From NCBI GenBank assembly GCA_035711385.1, contig DASTCG010000026.1:2133-66132 (forward strand): a DNA stretch of 64,000 nucleotides, in the 5' to 3' direction. Both the position numbers and the translations under genes were made by a program. The first letter of the stretch is position 1. Each line of letters opens with the position of its first letter. A model generated the notes under the pieces. The model was not told the origin of the DNA. It ran no database searches and was given only the letters and a program-made list of their open reading frames with translations. Below are positions 15,207 through 27,033 of this stretch, piece by piece. This DNA is from Gaiellaceae bacterium. GTDB lineage: Bacteria > Actinomycetota > Thermoleophilia > Gaiellales > Gaiellaceae.

Positions 15207-16874
15207 CTAGTTTCCAAGTTCGGCGACGGGAACGCGCCGCTCGTCGCCGGTCCGCCGGTCGCGAACGTCGACCATTCCGTCCTCGAGCGTCCGCTTGCCG
15301 ACGGTGATCCGCGTCGGGCACCCGATGAGGTCGGCGTCCGCGAACTTCTCGCCCGGGCGCTGGTCGCGGTCGTCGAGCAGCACGGTCTTGCCGGCCGCGT
15401 CGAGCTCGCCCGCGACGCGCTCGGCTAGCTCTGCCACCTTGGGATTGCCCGCAGCGAGCGCGATGAGGTGCACGTCGTACGGCGCCACCGACTCCGGCCA
15501 CCGGATGCCCTGCTCGTCATGGTGTTGCTCGACGACGGCCGCCATCACCCGTCCCGGGCCGATCCCATAGCTCCCGCCGAGCAACGGCTTCTCCTGACCG
15601 TCCTCGTCGAGGAAGGTGGCGCCAAGCGGCTCCGAATAGAAGCCGCCGAAATTGAAGATGTGGCCAACCTCGATCGCGGTCTGGAAGATCAGCGCGCCGC
15701 CGCATATCGGGCAGCGGTCGCCCTCCCGAGGTTCGCGCAGGTCCGCGAAGCGCGGCTGATAGTCGCGTCCGGCCTCGACGCCGCCAAGGTGCCAGCCGTC
15801 GCGATTCGCGCCGGCGACGAACTGCCCCTCGCGCAACGTCTCGTCGGCGATCACCTCGCCGGAAAACGCAACCGGGCCGAGCGATCCGCCGCCCGCGCCG
15901 AAGGCGGCGCGGATCTCGTCGTCCGTGGCGGGGCGCGAGTCGCCGGGCAGCGCGTCGTAGAGCTTTGTCTCGCTGAGCCGGTCGTCGCCGCGGACGAGTG
16001 CGAGCACGACCGTGCCGTCCGGCTTCACCACCGGCATCGCCTTTGACGTGGCCGACTCGTCGATTCCGAGGAACTCGGCTAGTCCCTCGATCGTCGTCAC
16101 CCCCGGCGTCTCGATCTCCTCGGGAGCCTCGAGCGGCTCGGGGAGCACAGCGGCGCGAGGGACGGCCTCCGCGACCTCCAGGTCGCCGGCGTAGTCGCCG
16201 TTCTCGCAGCGGACGAGCGTGTTCTCGCCCGAGCCCGAGGGCGCGAGGAAGTCGATGCTGAACTTTCCGCCCATGATCCCGCTTTCCGCCTGGACGTCGT
16301 ACGTCTCGAGCCCGCAGCGGGCGAAGATGCGCTTGTACGCCTCGCGGTTCGCCTCGAAGCTCGAACGCACGCCCTCCTCGTCGCGGTCGAAGGAGTACGC
16401 GTCCTTCATGATGAACTCGCGCACCCGCAGGAGGCCGCCGCGGGGACGGGGCTCGTCGCGGTGCTTCGTCTGAAAGTGGTACCAGAGCTGCGGCAGCTCC
16501 CGGTAGCTCCGGATCTCGCGGGCGTGATACGTGACCGTCTCCTCGTGTGTCAGCGGCAGGATGAACTCCCGACCGGTCCGGTCCTTGAGATGAAAGATCT
16601 CCGGAATCCCGAGGCGGCCCGTCGCCTCCCAGAGCTCGGGCGGCGTCAGGATGGGCATCAGCATCTCCTGGCCGCCGATGGCGTCCATCTCCTCGCGGAC
16701 GATCTGCTCGATCTTCCGGTGGACGCGCCAGCCGAGCGGCATGAACGACCAGACCCCCGCCGAGACCTGTCGGATGAAGCCGCCGCGGACGAGCAGGCCG
16801 TGGGAGACCGCCTCGGCGTCGGCCGGGGCCTCGCGCAGGGTCGGTAGGAAGAGCTGGGAAGCGCGGGCGATCAC
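15207..16874 (-). CDS. proS: proline--tRNA ligase
   Basis: Class II ProRS with an editing-domain insertion, conserved throughout (e.g. RPRGGLLRVREF, GGSYGIGPGR). Confidence 0.95.
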   Translation of the reverse strand: MIARASQLFLPTLREAPADAEAVSHGLLVRGGFIRQVSAGVWSFMPLGWRVHRKIEQIVREEMDAIGGQEMLMPILTPPELWEATGRLGIPEIFHLKDRTGREFILPLTHEETVTYHAREIRSYRELPQLWYHFQTKHRDEPRPRGGLLRVREFIMKDAYSFDRDEEGVRSSFEANREAYKRIFARCGLETYDVQAESGIMGGKFSIDFLAPSGSGENTLVRCENGDYAGDLEVAEAVPRAAVLPEPLEAPEEIETPGVTTIEGLAEFLGIDESATSKAMPVVKPDGTVVLALVRGDDRLSETKLYDALPGDSRPATDDEIRAAFGAGGGSLGPVAFSGEVIADETLREGQFVAGANRDGWHLGGVEAGRDYQPRFADLREPREGDRCPICGGALIFQTAIEVGHIFNFGGFYSEPLGATFLDEDGQEKPLLGGSYGIGPGRVMAAVVEQHHDEQGIRWPESVAPYDVHLIALAAGNPKVAELAERVAGELDAAGKTVLLDDRDQRPGEKFADADLIGCPTRITVGKRTLEDGMVDVRDRRTGDERRVPVAELGN

Positions 16875-16878
16875 GCCG

Positions 16879-18012
16879 CTATTCGACCGGGATCAGGGAC
16901 GCTTCCGCCATGGCCAGCGCCGCCGGCTTGGCCATCTTCAGGCGCTTGGGTCGCTGCATACCGGCCTCGATCCAGGCGTCGATCTCGTGGAAGAGCTCGT
17001 CGATCAGGATGTCTGACGAGACCTTCTTCAGCACGCGGCCGTGCGCGTAGATGAAGCCGACGTCGCGTCCGCCGGCGAGACCGAAGTCGGCGTCGCCCGC
17101 CTCCCCCGGCCCGTTGACGGCACAGCCCATGACCGCAACCTCGAATGCCTGCGAGTAGCCGCGAAGCCGCTCCTCGACGACCTCTGCGAGGCTCTGCACG
17201 CCGACGTTGTCACGGCCGCACGACGGGCACGCGATCATCACCGGCCCGCGCTCGCGCAGATGGAGCGCCTTCAGGATCTCCCAGGCCGTCTCCACCTCCT
17301 TCACTGGGTCGGCCGTCAGCGAGACCCGGATCGTGTCGCCGATCCCGTCTGCGAGCAGCGAGCCGATCCCGACCGCGCTCTTGATCGATCCGGTGTACGG
17401 CGTCCCCGCCTCGGTGACGCCCAGGTGGAGCGGGTACGGGACCCGCGCCGCGAGCATGCGGTATGCGCGGATCATCGTCGGCACGTGGGTCGCCTTGACC
17501 GAGATCTTGAAGTCGCGGTAGTCGAGCTTCTCGAGCAGCTCGACCTCCTCCAGCGCGGCCGCGACGAGCGCTTCGGCCTGATCTCGCTGGGCGAGCCCGT
17601 AGAGATGCTTCGGCAGCGAGCCGGAGTTGGCGCCGATCCGCATCGGGATCCTGGCCCGCTTGGCGGCCAGCACCACCTCGGAAACCCGGTCCGGGCCGCC
17701 GATGTTGCCCGGGTTGATTCGCACGGCGGCCACCCCTGCGTCGATCGCCCGGAGCGCGAGGCTCGCGTTGAAGTGGATGTCCGCGATGACCGGCAGCGGC
17801 GAGAGCCGGACGATCGTCCTCAGGGCCTCGGCATCCTCGATCTTCGGGACCGCGACTCGCACGATCTCGCAGCCGGCGGACGCAAGCGCCGCGATCTGCG
17901 CCGTGGTCGCCTGGACGTCACGCGTCGGCGTGAGCGTCATCGACTGGACGACGACGGGCGCGCCGCCGCCGATCTGCACGTTGCCTACCCTGACGCTGAG
18001 CTCGGATCCCAC
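16879..18012 (-). CDS. ispG: 4-hydroxy-3-methylbut-2-en-1-yl diphosphate synthase
   Basis: Full-length IspG/GcpE pattern, including the C-terminal cluster CPSCGR ... GCAVNGPGE. Confidence 0.95.
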   Translation of the reverse strand: MGSELSVRVGNVQIGGGAPVVVQSMTLTPTRDVQATTAQIAALASAGCEIVRVAVPKIEDAEALRTIVRLSPLPVIADIHFNASLALRAIDAGVAAVRINPGNIGGPDRVSEVVLAAKRARIPMRIGANSGSLPKHLYGLAQRDQAEALVAAALEEVELLEKLDYRDFKISVKATHVPTMIRAYRMLAARVPYPLHLGVTEAGTPYTGSIKSAVGIGSLLADGIGDTIRVSLTADPVKEVETAWEILKALHLRERGPVMIACPSCGRDNVGVQSLAEVVEERLRGYSQAFEVAVMGCAVNGPGEAGDADFGLAGGRDVGFIYAHGRVLKKVSSDILIDELFHEIDAWIEAGMQRPKRLKMAKPAALAMAEASLIPVE

Positions 18013-18022
18013 GGGTCCGAGT

Positions 18023-19258
18023 CTAGCCTCCTGCGCGCCCCCCGATGTCGTTCGAGAGGCCGATGAAGAAGAGCATCAGTACGACCGCGATCCCGATGAC
18101 AGAGACCCGCTCGTAGACCTCGCGCCCCACCGCCCGGCCCCGGACTCCTTCGATGATCGAGAACGCGATGTGGCCGCCGTCCAGCGGGAGCAGCGGAAGC
18201 AGGTTCAGGAGTGCCAGCGAGAGGCTGATCAGACCAAGTACCCAGAGATAGGTCTCCCAGCCGCGGTCGAGGGCGCTGGACGAGCCGCGCACGATCCCGA
18301 TCGGGCTCGAGATCTCCTCTCGGCCCGATCCCTGCACGAGCCGGCCGAGAACGCCGCCGATCTCCCTCGTGATCGTCCAGGTCAGCCGGAAGGACTCTCC
18401 GACCGCCGTCGTGGCCGGAAGGTCCTCGAACCGGGGCCGGAAGCCGACGCGATACGCCCCGTCGGTGTCCTTGAACGGAGTGACCGGGCCGAGGTTCACC
18501 CGCCGGCCCTGCCGCTCGACCGTGAGCGTGACGGGCTTGCCGTCGGACTCCAGGATCAGCCGGAACATCTTCGAGGCGTCGACGGGCGTGCCGTTCACGG
18601 CGACGATCCGGTCGGACGGACGGAGTCCGATCTGCACCGCAGGCGTCGGGCGGCCGCTCGGCGTCTGCCGGTCGATCTCGGCCACGGACGTTGTCGCCCG
18701 GCCCGGGCCGAGGAAAAGCAGGAGTGCGAACATCACGATCGCGAAAACGAGGTTCACGCCCGGGCCGGCGCCGATCACGGCGATCTTCTTCCAGGTCCGC
18801 TGCCGCCAGTACGCGTCGAGGCCGAGCTCGTCCGCGATCTCCTCGATTCCCCGCTCGACGCCCTTGCGGGCCGACGGCGAGAGGTCGGCGTCGGCGGCCG
18901 CACGCTCGAGGGCCTTCAGCGCCCCGCCGGCGCCGTCGAAGTTGCCGTCGCCGAGCAGCCGCTTGAGCCGCTCGGCCGGGCCGACCAGCTGCGGCGCCTC
19001 CTGGATCGCCCGTCCGAAGTACGCGTCCACCTCGGACGGCGCCGGCCGGTGCATCCCGGGGATCTTCACGTAACCCCCCAGCGGAATCGCGCCGATGCCG
19101 TACTCGATGCCGCTCTTCCGAACCTTGGCGATGGCGGGCGGGAACCCGACGTAGAACCTCCGCGGCCGCATCCCGACGGCGCGGGCGGTGTAGAAGTGCC
19201 CGGCCTCGTGCAGGAGGACGAGGAACGCGAGCCCGAGAATGGCGATCAGGCTGTTCAC
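18023..19258 (-). CDS. rseP: site-2 (M50) zinc metalloprotease, RseP/Rip1-like
   Basis: HEAGHF zinc motif in TM1, central PDZ region, C-terminal NLLPLLPLDGG motif. Confidence 0.9.
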   Translation of the reverse strand: MNSLIAILGLAFLVLLHEAGHFYTARAVGMRPRRFYVGFPPAIAKVRKSGIEYGIGAIPLGGYVKIPGMHRPAPSEVDAYFGRAIQEAPQLVGPAERLKRLLGDGNFDGAGGALKALERAAADADLSPSARKGVERGIEEIADELGLDAYWRQRTWKKIAVIGAGPGVNLVFAIVMFALLLFLGPGRATTSVAEIDRQTPSGRPTPAVQIGLRPSDRIVAVNGTPVDASKMFRLILESDGKPVTLTVERQGRRVNLGPVTPFKDTDGAYRVGFRPRFEDLPATTAVGESFRLTWTITREIGGVLGRLVQGSGREEISSPIGIVRGSSSALDRGWETYLWVLGLISLSLALLNLLPLLPLDGGHIAFSIIEGVRGRAVGREVYERVSVIGIAVVLMLFFIGLSNDIGGRAGG

Positions 19259-20316
19259 GCGGCCACCAGCGCCTGCTCGGCGAGGCGTCTTGCCTCAGCG
19301 TCCGTCGCAACGAGCTCGTCCAGATCGGCCGCCGGCGAGCCGTCCGCGGCGTCGAGCGCCCGGGCGACGACCTCCGGAATCCCCAGGAACGGCAGGGCGC
19401 CGCCGAGGAACGCCGCAACGGCGACCTCGTTCGCGGCGTTGAACACGCAGGGATAGCTCCCACCCTGACTGCCGGCGCTTCGGGCGAGACCGAGCATCGG
19501 GAAGACATCGTCCTCGACCGGCTCGAACTCGAGCACGAGGCCCGAGGAGAGATCGAGGGGTTGGATCCCGACCGGCGCGCGCTCCGGGTACGTCAGCGCG
19601 TACGAGATCGGCACCCGCATGTCCGGGTAGCCGACGTGCGCCAGCGCGGAGCCGTCGCGCAGGTGGACGAGGGCATGCACCACCGACGTCGGTTGGATCA
19701 CGACCTCGATCCGCTCGAAGGGAAGGCCGAAGAGGAAATGGGCCTCGATGACCTCGAGGCCCTTGTTCGCGAGGGTGGCCGAGTCGACGGTGATCTTCGG
19801 CCCCATGCTCCAGGTCGGGTGAGCGAGCGCATCCTCAGGTCTTACGTCCTCCAGCTCCGAACGGATGCGGCCCCGGAAGGGTCCTCCGGACGCCGTCAGC
19901 ACGATCGAGTCGACCGTCTCGGCGTCGCGGCCCTCGACGAGCTGGAACACGGCGGAGTGCTCGCTGTCGACGGGGAGCAGGCGACCCCCGCCCCGCTTCC
20001 AGGCTGCGAGGGCGAGCTCGCCGGCGGCCACGAGGCTCTCCTTGTTCGCGAGCGCGAGGTCGATGCCGCGCTCCAGTGTCCACAGCGTCGCGCGGACGCC
20101 GGCAAACCCCACGACCGCATTCAGGACGACGTCGGGCTCGGCGCGCTCGAGCAGCTCGACCGGATCGCCGCCGACCTGCGTCAGCGGTGCGGTGCCGTCG
20201 AGCGGCCGGGAGCCGGAGGAGGCGGCAACCAGCTCGAGATCAGGGTGCTGCTCGATCACGTCGCGGGCCTGAACCCCGATCGAGCCGGTTGCGCCGAGGA
20301 GCGCGACACGTTTCAC
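19255..20316 (-). CDS. dxr: 1-deoxy-D-xylulose-5-phosphate reductoisomerase
   Basis: N-terminal LLGATGSIG NADPH motif, LANKESLV and DSEHSA motifs. Confidence 0.95.
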   Translation of the reverse strand: MKRVALLGATGSIGVQARDVIEQHPDLELVAASSGSRPLDGTAPLTQVGGDPVELLERAEPDVVLNAVVGFAGVRATLWTLERGIDLALANKESLVAAGELALAAWKRGGGRLLPVDSEHSAVFQLVEGRDAETVDSIVLTASGGPFRGRIRSELEDVRPEDALAHPTWSMGPKITVDSATLANKGLEVIEAHFLFGLPFERIEVVIQPTSVVHALVHLRDGSALAHVGYPDMRVPISYALTYPERAPVGIQPLDLSSGLVLEFEPVEDDVFPMLGLARSAGSQGGSYPCVFNAANEVAVAAFLGGALPFLGIPEVVARALDAADGSPAADLDELVATDAEARRLAEQALVAA

Positions 20317-20323
20317 CGGTGAA

Positions 20324-21115
20324 TCATGCCGATCCGACGGCTAGCAGGAGCACGTAGACCGCCATGCCCGTGAAGAGGAACGCGTCCAGCCGGTCGAGCA
20401 TCCCGCCGTGGCCGAGAAGCAGCCGTCCGCTGTCCTTCACGCCGGCGTCCCGCTTGACGGCAGATTCGAACAGGTCTCCGACCGGGTCGGCGACCGCGAT
20501 CACCGCGCCGAGGGCCAGGGTCTCCGCGACCGTCAGGAACCCTTCGTCGTAGAGCGCGAAGAACGGGACGAGCACGGCCGCGACCGAGCCTGCGACGAAG
20601 CCCTCCCACGTCTTCCCCGGCGAGGTCTCCGGCGCCATCTTGTGGCGGCCGATCAACCGTCCGGCCGCATAGGCGGCGGTGTCGCACGCGAAGACGGCGA
20701 TCACGAGCGTGTACATGGCGAGGACGCCGTGCTCCGGCAGGTCGCGGATCAGCACGAGGCTCGCGAGGCCGAGGCCGATCCAGGCCGCTCCGAGCACGGT
20801 GACCCCGACGGACGCGATCGTCGGCATCGCACCGGCCGCCGCCTTGAAAAGAAAGGCGAGCGGCAGCGTCGCGAAGAAGCCGGCCAGCGCCCACGCGGGC
20901 CCCCACGCGGCGCCGACGAGCGCCGCGACGGTCCCGACATAGCCCGCCAGGAGCACCGGCCGGAACTCGCGTGCGAGCAGGTAGAGCTCGTGGAGCGCGA
21001 TGAGCGCCGCGACGACGGCGGCGCCGACGAGCCACCAGCCGCCGGCCCAGATCACGAGGAAGACGACCGGGACGAGGACGACCGCGACGAGGATCCTGGA
21101 GACGAACGCGGTCAT
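20324..21115 (-). CDS. cdsA: phosphatidate cytidylyltransferase
   Basis: Polytopic membrane protein with C-terminal SAVKRDAGVKDSGRLLLGHGGMLDRLD signature. Confidence 0.9.
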   Translation of the reverse strand: MTAFVSRILVAVVLVPVVFLVIWAGGWWLVGAAVVAALIALHELYLLAREFRPVLLAGYVGTVAALVGAAWGPAWALAGFFATLPLAFLFKAAAGAMPTIASVGVTVLGAAWIGLGLASLVLIRDLPEHGVLAMYTLVIAVFACDTAAYAAGRLIGRHKMAPETSPGKTWEGFVAGSVAAVLVPFFALYDEGFLTVAETLALGAVIAVADPVGDLFESAVKRDAGVKDSGRLLLGHGGMLDRLDAFLFTGMAVYVLLLAVGSA

Positions 21116-21849
21116 CTGCTGCCGAAGCGCCGCTGGCGCGCCGCGTACTCGGCAACGGCCTCGCGGAGGTCCTCCGGCCCGAAATCGGGCCAGCGCCGGT
21201 CGGTGAAGACGAGCTCGGAGTAGGCGAGCTGCCAGAGGAGGAAGTTCGAGATCCGCAGCTCGCCTGAGGTGCGGATGAGGAGGTCGGGATCGGGAAGCTC
21301 CGGCGCATACAAGTGCAGCGCGACGACCTCCTCGTCGATCTCGTCGGGGCGAAGGCCTTCCGCCACGATCTTCCGCGTCGCCTCGGCGAGCTCGGCGCGG
21401 CCGCCGTAGTCGAATGCGATCCAGAGGTCGAGGCGGTCACGGTCGGCCGTCTCTCGCTCGAGCTCCGCCATCTGGTCGAGCAGCTCGGGCGCCACTCGGT
21501 CACGGCGCCCGACGAACCGGGTGCGGACTCCCTGCTCGGCGAGATCGGGGAGCTCGCGCCGGATCGTCTCGCCGAAGATCTCCATCAGCGCCTCGACCTC
21601 CTCGGGCGGACGGAGCCAGTTCTCGGTCGAAAACGCGTACACGGTCAGCGACTCGATGCCGAGGTCGATCGCCGCCTCGACCGTGCGGCGCAGGGCGCGC
21701 GTTCCCTCGCGGTGTCCCTCGGCTACGGAGAGGCCGCGGTCGGCCGCCCAGCGGCTGTTGCCGTCCATGATGATCGCGACGGCGCGGGGGACCGCCTGAG
21801 GCTGTTCGTGAGCCTCAGGGTGACGCCGCAGGCGGGCGAGGATGCCCAC
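21112..21849 (-). CDS. uppS: isoprenyl (undecaprenyl) diphosphate synthase
   Basis: Cis-prenyltransferase motifs: IIMDGNSRWA, FSTENW, LIRTSGELRISNFLLWQ. Confidence 0.95.
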   Translation of the reverse strand: MGILARLRRHPEAHEQPQAVPRAVAIIMDGNSRWAADRGLSVAEGHREGTRALRRTVEAAIDLGIESLTVYAFSTENWLRPPEEVEALMEIFGETIRRELPDLAEQGVRTRFVGRRDRVAPELLDQMAELERETADRDRLDLWIAFDYGGRAELAEATRKIVAEGLRPDEIDEEVVALHLYAPELPDPDLLIRTSGELRISNFLLWQLAYSELVFTDRRWPDFGPEDLREAVAEYAARQRRFGSR

Positions 21850-21856
21850 GCAACTC

Positions 21857-23943
<2,087 letters not shown>

Positions 23944-23947
<4 letters not shown>

Positions 23948-24825
23948 TGGCTTTCCCCCTCCTCGGCGGGCGCTTCCTCCGCCGGCGCCTCGGCGGGCGC
24001 TTCCTCCGCCGGCGCCTCGGCGGACTCGGTCTCGGCAGCGCTCTCAGCCTGTGCCATCGGCTCGTGCTCGACGGGCGTCTCGTCGGCCGCCGGCTCCGCC
24101 TCGACCTCGCGCTGGCCATTCTGCTCGAACTCCTGGGGGGTCGCGCCTTGCTTCCCGGCCTCGATCGCGTCGCCGATCGCGCGTACGATCAGGCTGCAGG
24201 AGCGGATCGCGTCGTCGTTGCCGGGGATCACGAGGTCAACCTCGTCCGGATCGCAGTTCGTATCGACGAGGCCGATGATCGGCAGGCCGAGCCGCCGCGC
24301 CTCACGGACCGCGATCGCCTCTTTGCGCAGGTCGACGACGAAGAGCGCGTCGGGCTGGCGCTTGAGGTCGGCGACGCCGCCGAGGTTCGCCTCGAGCTTC
24401 TCCAGCTCGCTGAGCATCGTCAGGCGCTCCTTCGCCGGGAGCAGGTCCAGCTGGCCCTCCTCATTCAGCCGCCGCAGCTCGTGGAGCCGCTCGATCCGGC
24501 TCGAGATCGTGCGCCAGTTCGTGATCAGCCCGCCGAGCCAGCGGTGGTTGACGTACGGCATGCCGACTCGCTTGGCGGTCTCCTCGACGGCGTCCTGGGC
24601 CTGCTTCTTCGTGCCGACGAAGAGCACGGTGCCCCCCTTCGCGGCCAGGTCGCGGGCGAAGTCGCAGGCCTGCTCCAGCAGGTCGGACGTCTTCTGCAGG
24701 TCGATGATGTAGATGCCGCCGCGCTCCGTGAAGATGAAGCGGCGCATCTTCGGGTTCCAGCGGCGCGTCTGGTGGCCGAAATGGACGCCGGCCTCCAGCA
24801 GCTCTCGCATCGAGACAGCGGGCAT
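23944..24825 (-). CDS. rpsB: 30S ribosomal protein S2 with acidic Ala/Glu/Pro-rich C-terminal extension
   Basis: [19 protein letters not shown] signature. The tail is ...[27 protein letters not shown]. Confidence 0.95.
23961..24023. repeat. perfect 27-bp tandem duplication (2.3 copies) inside the rpsB 3' tail
   Basis: CCTCGGCGGGCGCTTCCTCCGCCGGCG occurs at 23961-23987 and again at 23988-24014, followed by a partial third copy. It encodes the repeated APAEEAPAE tail. Confidence 0.85.
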
Positions 24826-24949
24826 GTGGGTCCCCCTTGGGTCTGGTTGACGTGTGCTTCAGCCGGCGGGACGAGCGTGGAACCGGTGGCAAGGCACCGG
24901 CACCGACCACGTCGTGGATCCGCCGGGTCGGGTGCGGAACGGGCGGATT

Positions 24950-25717
24950 CTAGCGGAGGTCGTCGAGGTATCGGCCGAGCTCGGGCGGCAGCGGCGACTC
25001 GACGTCGATGCGCTCGGTCGTAAACGGGTGGTCGAAGGCCAGCCGGGACGCATGAAGGAACTGCCGGCCGAGCGCAGGGTCCGGGACGCCGTAGACGGGG
25101 TCGCCGACGACCGGGAGCCCGATCGCGGCCAGGTGGACGCGGATCTGGTGCGTGCGCCCCGTCTCGAGCTCGACGCGGAGGAGCGCGTGCTGACCCAGCG
25201 GCTCGAGGAGCTCGAAGTGGGTCACCGCCTCGCGCGGGCTGTCCGTGCTCAGGGACCGGCGGGTCGGGTCGCGTCGGTCGCGGCCGATCGGCGCCTCGAT
25301 CCGGCCACGCCTCGAGCGCGGGCGGCCGCGCACAAGCGCGATATACGTCCGCTCGAGGCCGTGCCGCCGGACGAGCGCCTTCAGCCGCTCGTGGGCCTCC
25401 TCCGACCGTGCGACGACGAGAAGCCCGGACGTGTCGCGGTCGAGCCGGTGGACGATTCCCGGCCGCTCCTCGTCGCCGCCGGCGGCGCCGTGCGCGAGGA
25501 CGCCGTGGACGAGCGTGCCGGTCGCATGCCCCGGAGACGGGTGGACGACGACGCCCGCGGGCTTGTCGACGACGAGGAGGTGCTCGTCTACGTGAGCGAT
25601 CCGGAGCGGCACGTCCTCGGGCGCCAGCTCGGGCGGCGCCTCCGGCAGCTCGAACTCGACGTCCTCCCCGCCCTGCAGCCGCCGGCTCTTCGGCGCCTGC
25701 CTCCCGTCGACGACCAC
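24950..25717 (-). CDS. rluD: 23S rRNA pseudouridine synthase, RluD family (minimal span from first canonical start; true start probably near 25834)
   Basis: Catalytic HRLDRDTSG motif. The in-frame sequence upstream of GTG 25717 encodes the S4 domain (GLRLDRFLADLPEVGSRAAAERLLERGDV), but has no ATG/GTG/TTG back to the stop at 25880-25882. Confidence 0.85.
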   Translation of the reverse strand: MVVDGRQAPKSRRLQGGEDVEFELPEAPPELAPEDVPLRIAHVDEHLLVVDKPAGVVVHPSPGHATGTLVHGVLAHGAAGGDEERPGIVHRLDRDTSGLLVVARSEEAHERLKALVRRHGLERTYIALVRGRPRSRRGRIEAPIGRDRRDPTRRSLSTDSPREAVTHFELLEPLGQHALLRVELETGRTHQIRVHLAAIGLPVVGDPVYGVPDPALGRQFLHASRLAFDHPFTTERIDVESPLPPELGRYLDDLR

Positions 25718-25811
25718 GTCTCCGCGCTCGAGTAGCCGCTCGGCGGCGGCGCGAGAGCCGACCTCGGGGAGATCGGCGAGGAAGCGGTCGAGCCGGAGCC
25801 CGGCCGCCGTC

Positions 25812-26327
25812 TCAGGAACGGTGACTCGAGCCAGGGGCGTGCCTGCGCGGCTCCCCTTCTGCGAGGAGCAGCGCGGCGATCAGGATCCCGACGCCGGCGA
25901 CGATGAAGCTGTCGGCCAGGTTGAAGGCGGGCCAGTAGCGCAGGTCGAGGAAGTCGGTCACATGCCCCAGCCGGACGCGGTCGATCAGGTTCGAGACGCT
26001 TCCGCCCAGCAGGAACCCGAGCGCCACCGGCAGGACAGGGTGGCGTGCGCCCGAGCGGGCGAAGAACACGAGCATCCAGGCGACCGCGATGCCGGTGAGC
26101 ACGATCACCGCGGCCGTCGCCGTCGCGAAGAGGCCGAACGCGATGCCCGAGTTCTGGACGTGGTGGATGGAGAGCGGGCCGACGACGTCGACGGACTCGC
26201 CGAGGACGAGCTGGGAGGCGACGATCCACTTCGTCGTCTGGTCGGCTGCGATCGAACAGAGCGCGACGGCCGCCAGGGCGACCCACTGGCTGGTTCCGGC
26301 GGCGAGCGAGCGCCGGCCCGCGAGCAC
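25812..26327 (-). CDS. lspA: lipoprotein signal peptidase II
   Basis: DQTTKW, NSGIAFG and FNLAD motifs with four TM segments. Start at GTG 26327, the first canonical start after the upstream dksA-like gene. The 345-aa ORF is over-extended. Confidence 0.85.
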   Translation of the reverse strand: MLAGRRSLAAGTSQWVALAAVALCSIAADQTTKWIVASQLVLGESVDVVGPLSIHHVQNSGIAFGLFATATAAVIVLTGIAVAWMLVFFARSGARHPVLPVALGFLLGGSVSNLIDRVRLGHVTDFLDLRYWPAFNLADSFIVAGVGILIAALLLAEGEPRRHAPGSSHRS

Positions 26328-26383
26328 CGGGACGACGCCGTTCGTCGACGACCCGACCCGGACCTCGGTTGCCCGGGCCTCGG

Positions 26384-26755
26384 TCAGCGTTCCTCGCGGC
26401 GTTTGCAATCGATGCAGAGGGTCGCCCACGGCATCGCCTCGAGCCGTTCTTCGGGGATGGGGGCGCCGCAGTTGACGCACTTGCCGTAGATGCCGTCCTC
26501 GATTCGCCGGAGCGCGTCGTCGATCGCCACGAGCAGGCGCTCGTCGTGCTCCTCGAGGGTGCTGCCGATCTCGCGCTCCACGGTCTCCGTGGCGGTGTCC
26601 GCGAGATGCTGGTCGGCGCTGCCGGAGACGAGCTCCCCCGTCTCCTCCTCGAGCGAGCGGGAGTTCTCCCGCTGGAGGTTGTCGAGCGCGGCCGTCACGG
26701 CCTCGCGTTTCTCGACGAGCAGCGTCCTGAAGTGCTCGACGTCGAGGGTGCTCAT
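26384..26755 (-). CDS. TraR/DksA-family C4 zinc-finger protein
   Basis: Coiled-coil N-terminus and C-terminal CVNCGAPIPEERL...CIDC finger. Confidence 0.85.
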   Translation of the reverse strand: MSTLDVEHFRTLLVEKREAVTAALDNLQRENSRSLEEETGELVSGSADQHLADTATETVEREIGSTLEEHDERLLVAIDDALRRIEDGIYGKCVNCGAPIPEERLEAMPWATLCIDCKRREER

Positions 26756-27024
26756 GCAGAGAGTCTCCGTTCCGCCTCGGACGGCTCGATCCCGGTGACC
26801 TCGACGACCTTGTCGCGAGACCGGTGGCCCGAGACGAGGCGGACATCACGCGCGTCGACGCCGAGCCTGCTCGCGAGGAGCTCGAGCGCGGCGTGGTTCG
26901 CGCGCCCGCGCTCCGGCGGGGCTGTCACGCGCAGCTTCCAGCCCTCGCCGTGACGCCCCACGACGCCGGGGCTCTTCGAGCCAGGGACGACGCGTAGCCG
27001 CAGCCGTGTTGCACCCCCTGCCAC
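26752..27024 (-). CDS. DUF167 (YggU) family protein
   Basis: LRVVPGSK...G...LKLRVTAPPERGRANHAALELLA pattern, 90 aa. Confidence 0.8.
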   Translation of the reverse strand: MAGGATRLRLRVVPGSKSPGVVGRHGEGWKLRVTAPPERGRANHAALELLASRLGVDARDVRLVSGHRSRDKVVEVTGIEPSEAERRLSA

Positions 27025-27033
27025 GTTCAGATT

